From Octopus vulgaris (Eukaryota), in NCBI GenBank assembly GCA_951406725.2, contig OX597825.1, forward strand, positions 31,434,001-31,498,000: a stretch of DNA of 64,000 bases, given 5' to 3'. Below, in pieces: positions 1 to 12,914 of the stretch (position 1 is its first letter; every line of letters starts with the position of its first letter). The translations under genes and the position numbers were made by a program. Below the pieces are notes generated by a model. That model had not been told where the DNA came from, did not search any database, and saw nothing but the letters and a program-made list of their open reading frames with translations.

Positions 1-204
1 GTATTAAAAGGAACCGCTTTTTTGTTACTTTGTGTTCCAATGGTAGCAACAGTAGTGATTGTTGGTCGTAGTAGTTGGTCGTAATTTTGGCAACCTTGGT
101 GGTGGTTGGGGTTAGTAGTAGAGGAGGACTGTTGATCGTAGCAGCAAAAAGTGGTGGGTTCACTGGCACTGTTCACTGACGTCACATAATTCCAAACCAA
201 TCAA
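1..204 (-). CDS. Possible coding exon running off the left window edge (S/T/Q/H-rich, unidentified)
   Basis: About 66 stop-free codons on the minus strand (…VNSASEPTTFCCYDQQSSSTTNPNHHQGCQNYDQLLRPTITTVATIGTQSNKKAVPFN…) in non-repetitive sequence. No in-frame ATG; only a weak AG acceptor near 177. Could equally be UTR. Confidence 0.25.
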
Positions 205-232
205 AACCAAACTTCAACGAATACAAGGTAAA

Positions 233-432
233 GACCCCTAACTATATCATGTAAGGAAACCAACCAAGTAGAACGACAAGCTTGACCGCGGAAGAAAAAC
301 GTCATCAATTTTTTAACGAATCAAAATCAGCTCTGACCCTTAACTGTATCCTGTAAGGAAACCAAACAAGCAGAACGACAAGTTTGACCACGGAAGAAAA
401 ACGTCATCAACTTTTTAACGAATCAAAATCAG
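233..432. repeat. 102-bp tandem duplication (2 copies)
   Basis: gacccctaactatatcatgtaaggaaacc…gaatcaaaatcag at 233 recurs at 335 with few substitutions. Confidence 0.9.
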
Positions 433-894
433 ATTTGCTCGTACAAAAAAAAATTTTTCCTTTATAAATTCATTTTTCCCCAAAACATACCACTTGGTAT
501 GCATATATACAGACAGACATTCTATCTCCGAGGAGTATCAAACAAGATCCGAAACCAGTCAAATAGATCAATTTGTTCACTGAAAGAAAGCAAATCAGAG
601 AGATATTTGTTTACATTAGTTATAATAGAGGAATACTCCGGTGTATTGTTCGAAGAAAACAGGTTTACACTTTGTCCTATAATACAAAGCACACACATAC
701 ACATCCACTTTCTCACACACACACATGCACAGTCTCTCACACACATTCACACAGATTGTATGAACTTAATACATAATCGTAGATTATAAATTCGCTACTG
801 AATCTTACAATTCACTACTTAAAGTTTCTGGTTTACGATTTCCGAACGTGACACTATCCGTCTTCCATTCACCTCTTTCCCTCTTTCTTTCTAT

Positions 895-930
<36 letters not shown>

Positions 931-1200
931 CTGTTTCTCTCTCTTTCTGTCTCTCCCTCTCTCTCCCTCTTACTCTTACTCACTATCTCTATCTCTCTCC
1001 CTCCGTATCTTTCATCTAAAATCTTCTCCATTTATCGCTCAATCGATCGATCAATTTGTCTATCTATCTTTTCGTCTAGCTATCGATATAATTGACTCTC
1101 TCTCTCTCTCTCTCTCTCTCTCGCAATATAAAGAATTATTCAACTAAGATAATCTAAATAATTTGTAGTGAAAAACTGTCCCTAGATAATGTTTGAATTT

Positions 1201-1299
<99 letters not shown>

Positions 1300-2101
1300 T
1301 AAAAACGAGAAGAGAAAAGTCCAAAAATATCATTTCATCGAAAGTTATGGACAATATAAACAACGATGATATTGATACAGCATCTGGTTTTTAAAAACAT
1401 GGTGCAAACAAGGGACATGTTTCGATCGTATTAGACCTGCTTCACGAAACATACTGGAAAAACTTAGAAGAGATCACTATGTATGTATGCATATATGTAT
1501 GTATGTAGGTAGGTATTATGTAAAATACACACACACAAACGTGTGTGTGTGTGAATGGCTGTATGATGTAGCGGCGTAGTTATGAAATTCGCTTGGCAAC
1601 CAAATGGTTTTGCAATTCAGTGCAAATGCGCAGCACGTTAGTCAAGTGCCTTCTATTATACCATCGAGTCGCATGCGTGCGTGTTATTGTGTTTATTCCT
1701 AACTTTTGCCGCTTAACACCCAATATTATTTTGCTTGTGTCCCCGTGACTAGCGGCTCCGCATAAGAACCCGATAACATACGTGCTAGATTAAAAAGAAA
1801 ACGATAGGGACTATCGTTGGCGTGGGGCGTTGGGGTGTGCAATTTGCTAGATTAAACTCTTCAAGGTGCTTCTTCACCAAGACCGATGTCTAATGACAAA
1901 TTTAAGTAACAAATATCAAATTATATTGAGTCTTCTCATAAATAATGCGGCTTTTTCAACTGTATGAACTAAAAGTCGGAGGGGGACGGGATAAACTACA
2001 TGCATCAACTTGCTATAAAAGCAGGTAGTAATTTTACCTTATACTTATTCTTAGTGCAAGTTTCGAAGAGTTCAATTCGATTTTAACAGTTATTTTTCCA
2101 A

Positions 2102-2150
2102 CGCCTTGTGAGTGGATTTGGTAGACGGAAACTGAAAGAAGCCTGTCGTA

Positions 2151-2211
<61 letters not shown>

Positions 2212-2266
2212 GGGAGTGAGAGAGAGAGAAAGAGAGAGAGTGAGAGAGAGAGATATTAGATAATAT

Positions 2267-2354
<88 letters not shown>

Positions 2355-2573
2355 TGTGTGTGTATATGTTTGTATGTCTGTGTTTGTCCCCCCAACATCG
2401 CTTGACAACCGATGCTGCTGTGTTTACCTACTCGTAACTTAGCGGTTCGGCAAAAGAGACCGATAGAATAAGTACTAGGCTTACAAAGAATAAGTCCTTG
2501 GGTCAATTTGTTTGACTAAAGGCGGTGCTCCAGCATGGCTACATTCAAATGACTGAAACAAGTAAAGAGTAAA
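2102..2573 (+). mobile_element. SINE family A (5'-truncated) with expanded internal (TA)n(GA)n(GATA)n
   Basis: Matches the copies at 10175 and 58899 (gatttggtagacggaaactgaaagaagc…; cggttcggcaaaagagaccgatagaataagtac…; aagagt-type tail). Confidence 0.85.
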
Positions 2574-2579
2574 GCTATA

Positions 2580-3182
2580 ATGGAAGTAACAAAGGAGCAT
2601 CTTCGGCATATTTTGCTTTATGCGTTCAATAAAGGCAACAACGAAATGGAAAGTGCGAGGAATATTAATACAGTATACGGGGATCGGACAATAAGTGTAA
2701 ACCAACGAGCAGCGTCCTGGAAGATTTGTAGAGCTCGACGAGAACGTCCTGCAAACCCTGATGGAACAAAATCTCATTCTAACTATTGAGGAACTAGCAG
2801 AGAAGCTTGGATTTGGCCATTCAATCAGTCATTCAAGTCAGCGCGAAAAGAAAAACGACCGTCTTTGGTTTCAAGAGGAAAGATGTTCTTCCATCAGGAT
2901 AATGCTCGGCCACATACAGTGAAGATGACATTCCAAAGGCTAGAGCAGTTTGAATGAGAAACGATACCCCACCGACCATATTCGCCGGACGTTGCTCCAT
3001 CTGATTATCATTTATTCCGCAATCTTCAGAGTCATTCGGACGGAAAAATATGAATTCTGTAGACGAAGTCAGAATAGTGCTAGAGGAGTATTTTTCATCA
3101 CGGACAAGGGAATTTTGGAAGAAGGGAATTGCAAGTTTACAATATAGATGGAAGAACATTGTAGAAAATGAAGGAGAGTATA
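2580..3182 (+). pseudogene. Mariner transposase pseudogene
   Basis: N-terminal HTH-like MEVTKEHLRHILLYAFNKG…ARNINTVYG, then FHQDNARPH and PYSPDVAPSDYHLFRNLQ (mariner YSPDLAP motif), ending RWKNIVENEGEY. Frameshifts, stops and a large internal deletion. Confidence 0.9.
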
Positions 3183-3910
3183 AAAAACCGCATTATCTGA
3201 GATGACCCGATACTAATAAAGGTACACGTAGAAAGTAAATAACGTTGAAGTTTGTAAAATATTTCGTTGGTAAATAACATATAAACAAAAATAAATAATA
3301 TCCTGTTTCACTTTACTTTCTGTATGTAGTCTGTGGCCAACACAACTGCAGATTCCAGTCAGAAGATTCAAGAACTACAATACAAGTAATCACCGAAGTT
3401 CCTTTGGAAAAATAGGCATACATACGGAGTTCTAAATACTGAACATTTGTAATACGATTTAAAGTTAAATTGCAATATATAAAAGTGTATGTGTGTGTGT
3501 GAGTGTGTGTACATATTTATGTATGTATATGTTGTATACATATCTATAACAGGTACGTATAATTTCTTACATACGGAAATCAATACTGTACGAATAAAGT
3601 TACGAAACAGTCGTAACGCTATGGAAGCCATGTGGTTAGATAAATGTACAGAGACCTCTCAAGCCTCCTGATTTAATTTTTTTATATACTCTTCACAGAA
3701 TGATTCCATTGGTCGAATTTTCTAGATTTTCATTTTTACGGATACTTGATATTACACTACATTGATTACTATGTTGACTGATAGGTGGGATCATAAGAGG
3801 AGCTTACCGTGATACTGTGATGGCTGCACGATTCACTGATTACATATCTTATACTACTCATATACACACACACACACGCATGCATACATACACACATGCA
3901 TATGTATATA

Positions 3911-4027
3911 GGGAGAATTCACGAAAAAACAAAAGACGAAGACAGATGGTGTAGACAACAAACAGATGTATTAGTTTAACGCCCGGGAAGTGAAAAAGTC
4001 TTTAACATTTCGAGCCTACGTTCTTCA
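3911..4027 (-). mobile_element. PLE-type terminal fragment, truncated within its hammerhead-like motif
   Basis: Reverse complement matches 21990-22098; flanked by TA tracts. Confidence 0.7.
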
Positions 4028-4148
4028 TATATATACACATATATCCACATTGAGGTGAAAATAACTATTACTTTTCAGTAGAATTACTACTTATATCTCT
4101 TATAAAGATTTTAGAACTAGCAACTTTGCTTATATATATATATATATA

Positions 4149-4646
4149 CTAGCAGTATCGCCCGGCGTTGCTCGGGTTTGTAAGGGAAATAACTATATAA
4201 GCATTTTTAGAGAGTTACTTCCCTTATAGATGCCAATTCGGGCTTTCTTAGCCATTTCTGTTTTGGTGTCTTCAAGACATGAAGTCGTTGTTCTAAAAGA
4301 ACGCTGGTCTCCTTGACAACGCTTTACGACGTTGATTTCCTTACACTCTCTTCCCCACAGCTTCACGAGGGAGGGAAGAAGGGGGAAGAGCAACACAGGT
4401 GCAGCTGTGAGCGTGGACGCCAACTCCGCCGCCATCGACACACGAAAAATTATGCATTAAAATGGAATAAAAAATTATGTTAAATTATTTTTAAAATCGT
4501 AGACTCATCGTAGACGCGCGCTAATACTCAGACGGGCTTGATATGAATCACGACTATAAGATACCCGAATTTGGTTAAACTGCACCGCAGAATGTGGGAG
4601 TAGTTAGGAATCTAAATAGAAGGGGACAGACACTCACACAACTATA

Positions 4647-4660
<14 letters not shown>
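4149..4660 (-). mobile_element. Non-autonomous Helitron
   Basis: Minus-strand 3' end is a GC hairpin (cccgagcaacgccggg, 4161-4176) followed by CTAG|T. The 5' end merges into tatatataaaa. Confidence 0.7.
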
Positions 4661-4708
<48 letters not shown>

Positions 4709-4718
4709 TATACATACC

Positions 4719-5595
4719 CTAGCTGATTCCCGGGAAAGCGGGGCTTATGCCGTGGTTCCGTTCTAATAATTATTTCGCTTATCCAATAACAACAATACAA
4801 ATTATGTAGCCCTTAAACCGTTTTGAGGCATTTACAGAGAATATCGAACTGCCTTACACAGGATCTTGCTTTTAGGAATTCCCAATAAGTTATGAATACC
4901 AAAATTGTGAAGTCAGTTATGTAATAACATGAAATTAGTTACTCGATAATAAGAATTCAAATAGAGTAGCCCCGAAAAGGGCTTTAATGCGTTCCTAGAG
5001 TATATAGAACTTAGGAGGAAATACTAATATGGTATGTATGCTAAAATCGTGAAGCATGTGACGTAATAACATGCTAATCAGATACGAGATAATAACAATT
5101 CAAACTAGATAACTCTGTGCGTCCCAAAAGAATATTACCCTCAGCGTCGCTAGTGTTGGTGTATTTGTGAATAAGTCACTAACCGAAATAAGTGGATCTA
5201 TTGTTTAGGAAAATACTATTTAGTTGCTTAAGGGTTGTACTGGATAAATTGCGAAAATAACTCTAACAGTTCAAATATTAAAAAATAAGCATACTCAATT
5301 TGATTTATACCAAATAATTTAAGAAAATGAATGGGTTATTTCCCTTGGCTGTTAAAATGAAATATATTAGTTATATAGAAGGATCCCTTCCAGGGGTGAA
5401 TAGGTTATTTTTCTTTGGCTGTTAAAATGATCCCTTCCAGGGGCCCTATTTATTCAACAATCTGAGTATGCTACGAGGTTTCCAGACATGAGTTCTACTC
5501 ACGTGTCAAGTTTTATTAAAATCGATTAAACGATGTAGGAGTTAGCTAACAACTCCACAAACACATCCACAGACAGAATTTCCCACATATGTAGA
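4719..5595 (-). mobile_element. Second non-autonomous Helitron (different family), in tandem with the first
   Basis: CTAG at 4719-4722 with GC hairpin 4729-4743; A|TC 5' end at 5595; short internal duplications at 5328-5445. Confidence 0.6.
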
Positions 5596-5784
5596 TATAT
5601 ATGCATACAGATATATTTAAATATATATATATATGTGTGTGTGTGTGTATGTATATATATATATACATATATATATATATAATATATATATATATATAAG
5701 TATTTAAGTATGTATGTATATATATACATATATATATGTGTATATATATATGTATATATATATATATATATATATGTATATGTG

Positions 5785-5832
<48 letters not shown>

Positions 5833-5837
<5 letters not shown>

Positions 5838-6125
5838 GGCAAAAGAAAAATTTTTGTATGCCAATATGCTGAAAAACAGACTTCAGATCGTCTAACCACA
5901 TACAGTATTTTTCACTATAAATACACAGCGTGTTGAAACGAGAAACGCAACAGAATTTTTTGTAGATTCCGTTATCCCTGAATCGGACCTATTTCTGGAT
6001 TAATCCAAAAGGATTCTTCCTTCATCAGTGAGGAACACGATAGTGAAAAATATTGCATGTAGTTAGACGACCCAAAGTCTATTTTTCAGCATATTAGCAT
6101 AGAATTATTTTTCTTTTTCCCTTAT
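5833..6125. mobile_element. MITE with ~85-bp imperfect terminal inverted repeats
   Basis: 5833-5918 (aagggcaaaagaaaaa…atatgctgaaaaacagacttcagatcgtctaac…tttttcactat) is the reverse complement of 6040-6125, with scattered mismatches. Confidence 0.8.
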
Positions 6126-6167
6126 TTAATATGCTGGCCACTGATAAAAAATTTTTTCTTTATTAGA

Positions 6168-6220
<53 letters not shown>

Positions 6221-6282
6221 AAACACCTTTTTATCAATTCAATATTAAAAAATCTTTCCCTGTAAGTTTGGAATAATATTCC

Positions 6283-6339
<57 letters not shown>

Positions 6340-7499
6340 CATTGGTCACATTGATCAACCTGAATGTACAGTAGAAGACATTTGCCTAACACACTGCTCT
6401 ATAGGATTGAACCTTGAACCACTTGGTTCATAAACGAACTTCTTAATGACAAAATCATGCGATTTGCCCAGAATTCTTCTAATTTCTGTTATAGGACTGC
6501 GACCTTGCTGTGGCATCAATTTCGAAGGTTTTTCATCAGTCATAATGAGCCCAGTTCCTTTTCAGTAAACAACTAATTTGATCAACCCCTGTTTGTTTCG
6601 GTGCGCTAAGTTATGGCATATAAAGGAATACAACATAAAGAACCTGCAAATTTGGATTTACTTCTCATACATTATTGATTTTCTTCGATATTAATTCTAC
6701 TTCAATCTTTTGGTATCTGATTGTTTCATATAATTAACCAAATTTGTTTAGCCTTGAGTGCTTTATAGATATTTGCCTGGATTTATTAATCCTTTATTAT
6801 TATTACACCCACCCCACAACACACACATATATATATACACAAACACGCGCATATATACATATATATATATATACACAAACACGCGCATATATACATATAC
6901 GTAGATATACGCACGTACGCACACACACACACACATATACTCAAATAGATATACACGTGTGTGTGTATGTGTGTGTATATGCTCATACATGTACATACGT
7001 GTGCCTGTGTGTGTGTACAAATCTTATGTAAACACCCTATATGCTAAATACAAATATGAAAGTGTCTCACAAACGTAATACAGTGAACTGAAAAATAGCT
7101 GAAAATTAACTGAGACTATCCAAGCCATTAGGATACAAAATTTTCCATTAGGAGTTGTTTAAAATCTGGAACAACAACCCAACAAATCTAATACGATCAG
7201 TTGGTCAAATTATTTGATAATATAGTTCAGCAGTTCTTGAATAACTAATATCAAGCCTTCTTCCAACAAAAAAAATTTGGAATTTTTTTTTTTGTTATCT
7301 TTAAACGAAAAAGAGCTCGCATTCATATAATTCTTTTTTATGTCATTCTGTTGAATAAGTGAAAGTCTTAATATCACTAGACATAATAATTTGTTAGCGT
7401 CTAATGCAGTCGCAACATCCCCATGTCGTTTGAGAAATTCTGACACGAACAATGACGGTCGGCGTGAACCTGGCTTTCAAAGTCAGTTAAAGCTCCGAC

Positions 7500-7728
7500 T
7501 CAAAGAGTCGGTTTTCCGGATTCTGTCGTGTTTTATGCTCCCCCACTTGGGTGGGACGCCGGCCCGTCGCAGAATGAACTCATTTCTGCTGCTACTTGAG
7601 TGGGCTAAAACAATGCTACATGAAGTGTTTTTTGCTCAAGAATACAACGATTCGCCTGGTCTGGAATCGAAACCACAATCTTACGATCATGAGTCTAACA
7701 CCCAACCACTAAGCCACACGTATCCACT
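7500..7728 (-). mobile_element. SINE family B (tRNA-derived head), diverged
   Basis: Minus strand reads tggcttagtgg (A box)…ggtttcgattcc (B box). Tail is related to 46320-46400. Confidence 0.75.
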
Positions 7729-7827
7729 TTTAAAGCCAATGGTATACTTCGACATGGTTAAACCTCCTCAGCTAAGAATATATAGTAGTCAGACATAAAG
7801 ACTAAAACTAATCAGTGTGTGTGTGCG

Positions 7828-7884
<57 letters not shown>

Positions 7885-8169
7885 ACGCATGCGTGCTCAT
7901 TGAAGAAATAGTTAATAATAAATATCAGAAATATGGTGGATGAAAAAACACCTGTACTTGTGTACGTTAAATGAAAACAGTTTGATCTTAAAACTTTCGA
8001 GAAGCGGAGATTATCTGATTAATCAACAGACAAAAAGTTCTAAAGAGGCTTAAAATCTAAAGCAAAAAGCGAGGGTATTTGGTAAAATAAGATCAGTTGA
8101 TAAAAAAAATGAGAAGGCTGTTTTAATTTGTATCCGTGCAATCTGGTTCGGACGGGAACTAAGTTTTGG

Positions 8170-8428
8170 AAAATCATCTGGTTTAACTCACCTTATGGCT
8201 TGGATGTCACAACCAATATTGCTTGAAAGTTCTATCTCTCGAAAGTCGTCATTTCCAAGCTGTACATAAACACCATATACTTTTCAATGTACACATTATT
8301 AATGTGAGCAGTTTTTGTTTGGACAACATCGTCACAATCGAAAAACACCCTACATCTGCCTATCCAACCTGCAATTGCTGTGATCGATTCACTTGCCCAC
8401 TGTGGGATTGAGCGCTTCTAAGGCCGTG

Positions 8429-8435
<7 letters not shown>
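8170..8435 (+). pseudogene. Penelope-like element ORF fragment (RT-to-GIY-YIG linker)
   Basis: Translates across a frameshift as KIIWFNSPYGLDVTTNIA*KF…RHFQAVHKHHILFNVHIINVSSFCLDNI…TCNCCDRFTCPL…VIY. This matches the PLE pattern IIWFNPP…KTNIG…HF…FN…SYSCM…CNC…CPL…VIY. Confidence 0.75.
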
Positions 8436-8503
<68 letters not shown>

Positions 8504-9734
8504 TGTGTGTGTGTGTCTGTGTGTGTGTGTATGAAAACTCACATCCAAACACACACAAACACACACACATATACATATATAGCTTCGTCCAGTCCATCTA
8601 GCAGCCAAAGCAATTATGCAGGTGTACAACAAAAACTTCAAAGACAGCCATATTCGATATCTGCATGTCTTTAGGTCCAGGGACAAGAGACATTTCACTT
8701 CCCTCTCTTGGTTCATTTAGAAGCTTAGAGACCTGGTACATATCTGCTGAGCAATATCAATTAGTATTATTGGCAATCCTTCAGTGTACTGCATAATTGC
8801 TGGATGTGTTAGTCGGAAAAACAGCATATCCTAAAGCAACAAGCGGTATCCTACAGCAAGATGACAAAAGTGACTTCCGGGAGAGACGAGTCTATGTCCT
8901 AAATAAATTTCAGTCAATCGATTCCGAAAATAATAGCAAGGGTGATAGCGTCAGGAATACACACGGAATTACCTCCCTTGCTACTGAATATTAACTCTAA
9001 AGAGTTCCCTCCCTGTATTCAACAACAACTCAGTGAAATCATTAATAGTCCAGTCCGAACTCCATCGTCTGCTCTAGTATACCCGATGTCAAGTCAATAT
9101 ACCAGTGACCAATAAAGAAGCATGTCTGAAACAGGCCATGACCACAGTCATTAAACAAATCAAAAGAACTAAGCAAGCACTCCTCTCTCCCTCTCTCTAT
9201 CTCTCTCTCTCTCTCTCTCTATCTATCTCCTCTCTCTACTCTCTCTCTCTCTCTCTACTCTCTCTCTCTCTCTCTCTCTACTCTCTCTCTCTCCCCTTTC
9301 GCTCTCTCTCCCTCTATATATATATGTATGTATGTATGTATGCTTTTGGGGAATAGTGGATTTGAAACACTTCGCATAAAGCTAAAAATAATAGCATGTG
9401 GTGTGCATCGAGATCCACTATTCCCAAAGAATTATCTCACATTCTCACGAAATTTTATAAATTGTTCATAATATCAACAATACATATATATAAGGGGAGT
9501 AGGCGGAGTTTGTATGTGTGTGATACTAATTAATAGAATGACAAGAGAACAGGAATCACGCAAACCACTTCATTAGCTTACACCTGTTTCTGCTATAAAA
9601 AACAATGTATGCAGAAGTAAGAGCTTGGATATTTGTGTCTGTGTGCGTATGTGTGTGTGTGTGTGTGTTCGTGTGCGTACGTGTATGTATGTGTGTGTAT
9701 ATATATACATACATACACACACACACATATATAT

Positions 9735-9871
<137 letters not shown>

Positions 9872-10174
9872 ATTGAGAATGAGGTTTGCTTCTTCTGTTG
9901 TTAAACACGTGGTTAATCGTTTTATAGATTTATAAGTGAAAAAGAGAGAAAGCAGAAAAAAAGCGCAGTATGGCTGTGTAACTGAAAAACTTCCCTGTGA
10001 GACAACACCATTTCAGGTTCGATCCCTCAGCACAAGTACTAAAAGAAATGTCTAAATGCCTTAAATTACAGCCTCGGGTTGAAGGGTTGAACGTTCGTTT
10101 GCAAGAGTGAAATGGGGAACGAAAACAGTGCAACAGCCACTTGTGTAAAGTGATATATATACATACATATATAT

Positions 10175-10557
10175 GGAGTGGCTGTGTGGTAAGTATCTTG
10201 CTTACCAACCACATGGTTCCAGGTTCAGTCCCACTGCGTGGCACCTTGCGCAAGTGTCTTCTACTATAGCCACGGGCCGACCAAAGCCTTGTGAATTGAT
10301 TTGGTAGACGGAAACTGAAAGAGGCCCGTCGTGTATATGTATATATATATATGTGCGTATGTGTTTGTGTGTCTGTGTTTGTCCCCCTAGCATTGCTTGA
10401 CAACCGATGCTGGTGTGTTTATATCGGCAAAAGAGACCGATAGAATAAGTACTGGGCTTACAAAGAATAAGTCCCGGGATCGAGTTGCTCGATTAAAGGT
10501 GGTGCTCCAGCATGGCCGCAGTCAAATGACTGAAACAAGTAAAAGAGTAAAAGAGTA
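10175..10557 (+). mobile_element. SINE family A, near full length
   Basis: tRNA-like head (tggctgtgtgg…ggttcagtccc), CORE-like ccttgcgcaagtgtc, internal TA/TG tract, (aaagagt)n tail. Confidence 0.85.
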
Positions 10558-10929
10558 TATATATATATTTGTTTCTTTATTGCCCACAAGGGGCTAAACA
10601 TAGAGAGGACAGACAAAGGGGTTAAGTCGATTACATCGATCCGGTGCGTAACTGGTACTTATTTAATCGACCCCGAAAGGATGAAAGGCAAAGTCGACAG
10701 GCACGTATGTATATATAAACGTATGTTTGTGTGTATATATGTGGATTTATGTAAGCTTTTGAGTGTGTATGTGTATGCGCGCGAGTGTGTGTATGTGTTT
10801 GGTTGTGTGTGTGTCTGTGTCTGTGTCTGTGTATTCATCTCGTCCAATTGCATTGTTTGAATTGAATTTTTTAAATTCAGCTCATTATCTTTTGTTGTTG
10901 TGGCTATTGATGCTGAACTTCCGTCACTC

Positions 10930-11750
10930 ACACCACTATCCCTAATAAATATCTATCCCCCCCATAACCACCACCACTACAACAACCCTGACCACCACAA
11001 CCATTTTCTCAATCAACTGGACCATCGCTATTTAGGACCAACTCACCCCAGTGGCCCAGACAGTACACTGGGGACACCACAAACGCAACCACGCAGCATT
11101 TATAATTTAGCATTGGACCCTAAGATCCGGGGAGGCCCTGTATTTCGTGGGTCCATCGTGGACATCTTTTAACCTCTCTGTCACTACGATCGCCGCCACT
11201 ACCCTTACAAATACGGTACCATCCTCTCTCCCTGCACCCTGCTCACACCCACTCTATCAGTGTTGATACCATATGCTCTCTGAATGGCCACCACTACCAA
11301 CGCTCCCAGCATCAAAGCAATACAACCTCTTCCACCCACTACAATTCCCTACCACTGGCACAAAACACCTCCTAAACAAACAACTCCACAAACAACAGCA
11401 ACACCTACACCGATACCAAAACCACCCTCCACACAGGTACCACAACCACTACCACCACCTCCACCATCGTTATCATCTCGCAATCCCTACCGCTACCCCA
11501 CAACCATCACCATCACAATCGCACCATCTACTATCACCTACACTGCCAAGACCTCCAACATCACCGCCATCTCTACCACCACCACCACCACCACCACCAC
11601 CACCATCACAATCACTAACAACAGGAATATAACAACAGCCCGCCCCCACTTTCCACATAATTTCCCTATCACCACCCTCTACCGCCAACCAACCAACACA
11701 ACCACCCACAACCACTACCGATACTAGCAGCATCATCACCAATAACTTCA
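10930..11750. repeat. C/A-rich low-complexity (ACC/CAC) tract
   Basis: Degenerate (acc)n; the Thr/Pro/His-rich ORFs in several frames arise from composition. Confidence 0.7.
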
Positions 11751-12344
11751 ACAGCTCCGCAACAGCTGCTGGACTACAACGTAACTCAGTGAAAGAGGCG
11801 TGTGCTAGAGTATTCCAAAACAAGGCAAAAATAGTTAAGGCAACTTTAAAAGCAGTGAAGACCGTTCGGACACACTAAACAGACCAGATGAAATTAAAGA
11901 CACACGGACACTGGACAGCTGGGACATATTACATTAAAATAATATATATAAATATACGCACAAACAGATTCAATTACACACGCACACACACATAAATATA
12001 TGTGTGCACATGCATACGCGTTCACGTTATCTGTTTCATATATATATATATATATATGTGTGTGTATGTGTATATATATATATATATATATGTATATATA
12101 GGTATATATAATATACGTAAGCGTACGCAGAGGCACGCGTAACACGCACGTACGCACGCGACAACAGCAGCAACAACAACACTAACAAACTGTACTAAAT
12201 GATAACACGAATAAAAAAGTGAAACCCCGTGTAAAGCAAGCAAGCAAGCTTCAACTTAAAACAACAACAACAACAACAAAAATAATACCGGCCACAGTGA
12301 CCAACGCCGCCAACACCATCACCACTATAACAACAACAACAAAA

Positions 12345-12412
<68 letters not shown>

Positions 12413-12725
12413 CACTGCTACTACTACTACTGTTACCACGAGTAAGCGAGGAAAACTATAATTACAAAAGAAATCGAGTGAGTTTTTTTTTTCTTTTATT
12501 AATTCTTAATTTCATTCATATTTGCGTGTGCGCATTTGTATACATGAGGCATAGAGACATACAGACATACATACATATATACACATATATACACACACAC
12601 ATACATATATATATACACATATATATACACATATATATACACATATATATATGTATGCATATATATATATATGTATATCTGTATATATATATACATATAT
12701 ATTAATGTATATATATGTTTATGTA

Positions 12726-12763
<38 letters not shown>

Positions 12764-12854
12764 AACATATATATACGTATAATAAACATATATATATTAA
12801 TATATATGTATATATTAATATATATATATATTTATGTATATATATGTTTATGTA

Positions 12855-12914
<60 letters not shown>

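Larger units (their letters stand above)
1926..3210 (+). mobile_element. Mariner (Tc1/mariner) DNA transposon, internally deleted, with nested SINE
   Basis: Imperfect ~30-bp TIRs (ttgagtcttctcataaataatgcggcttttt at 1926; aaaaaccgcattatctgagatgacccga ending 3210), each flanked by TA. Confidence 0.85.

Noticed and set aside
233-432. CRISPR-like array
   Set aside because: Two contiguous copies without unique spacers; eukaryotic context, no cas genes.
11273-11823. Mucin-like or Pro-rich ORFs
   Set aside because: Open in multiple overlapping frames because of ACC-rich composition; no domain or splice support.
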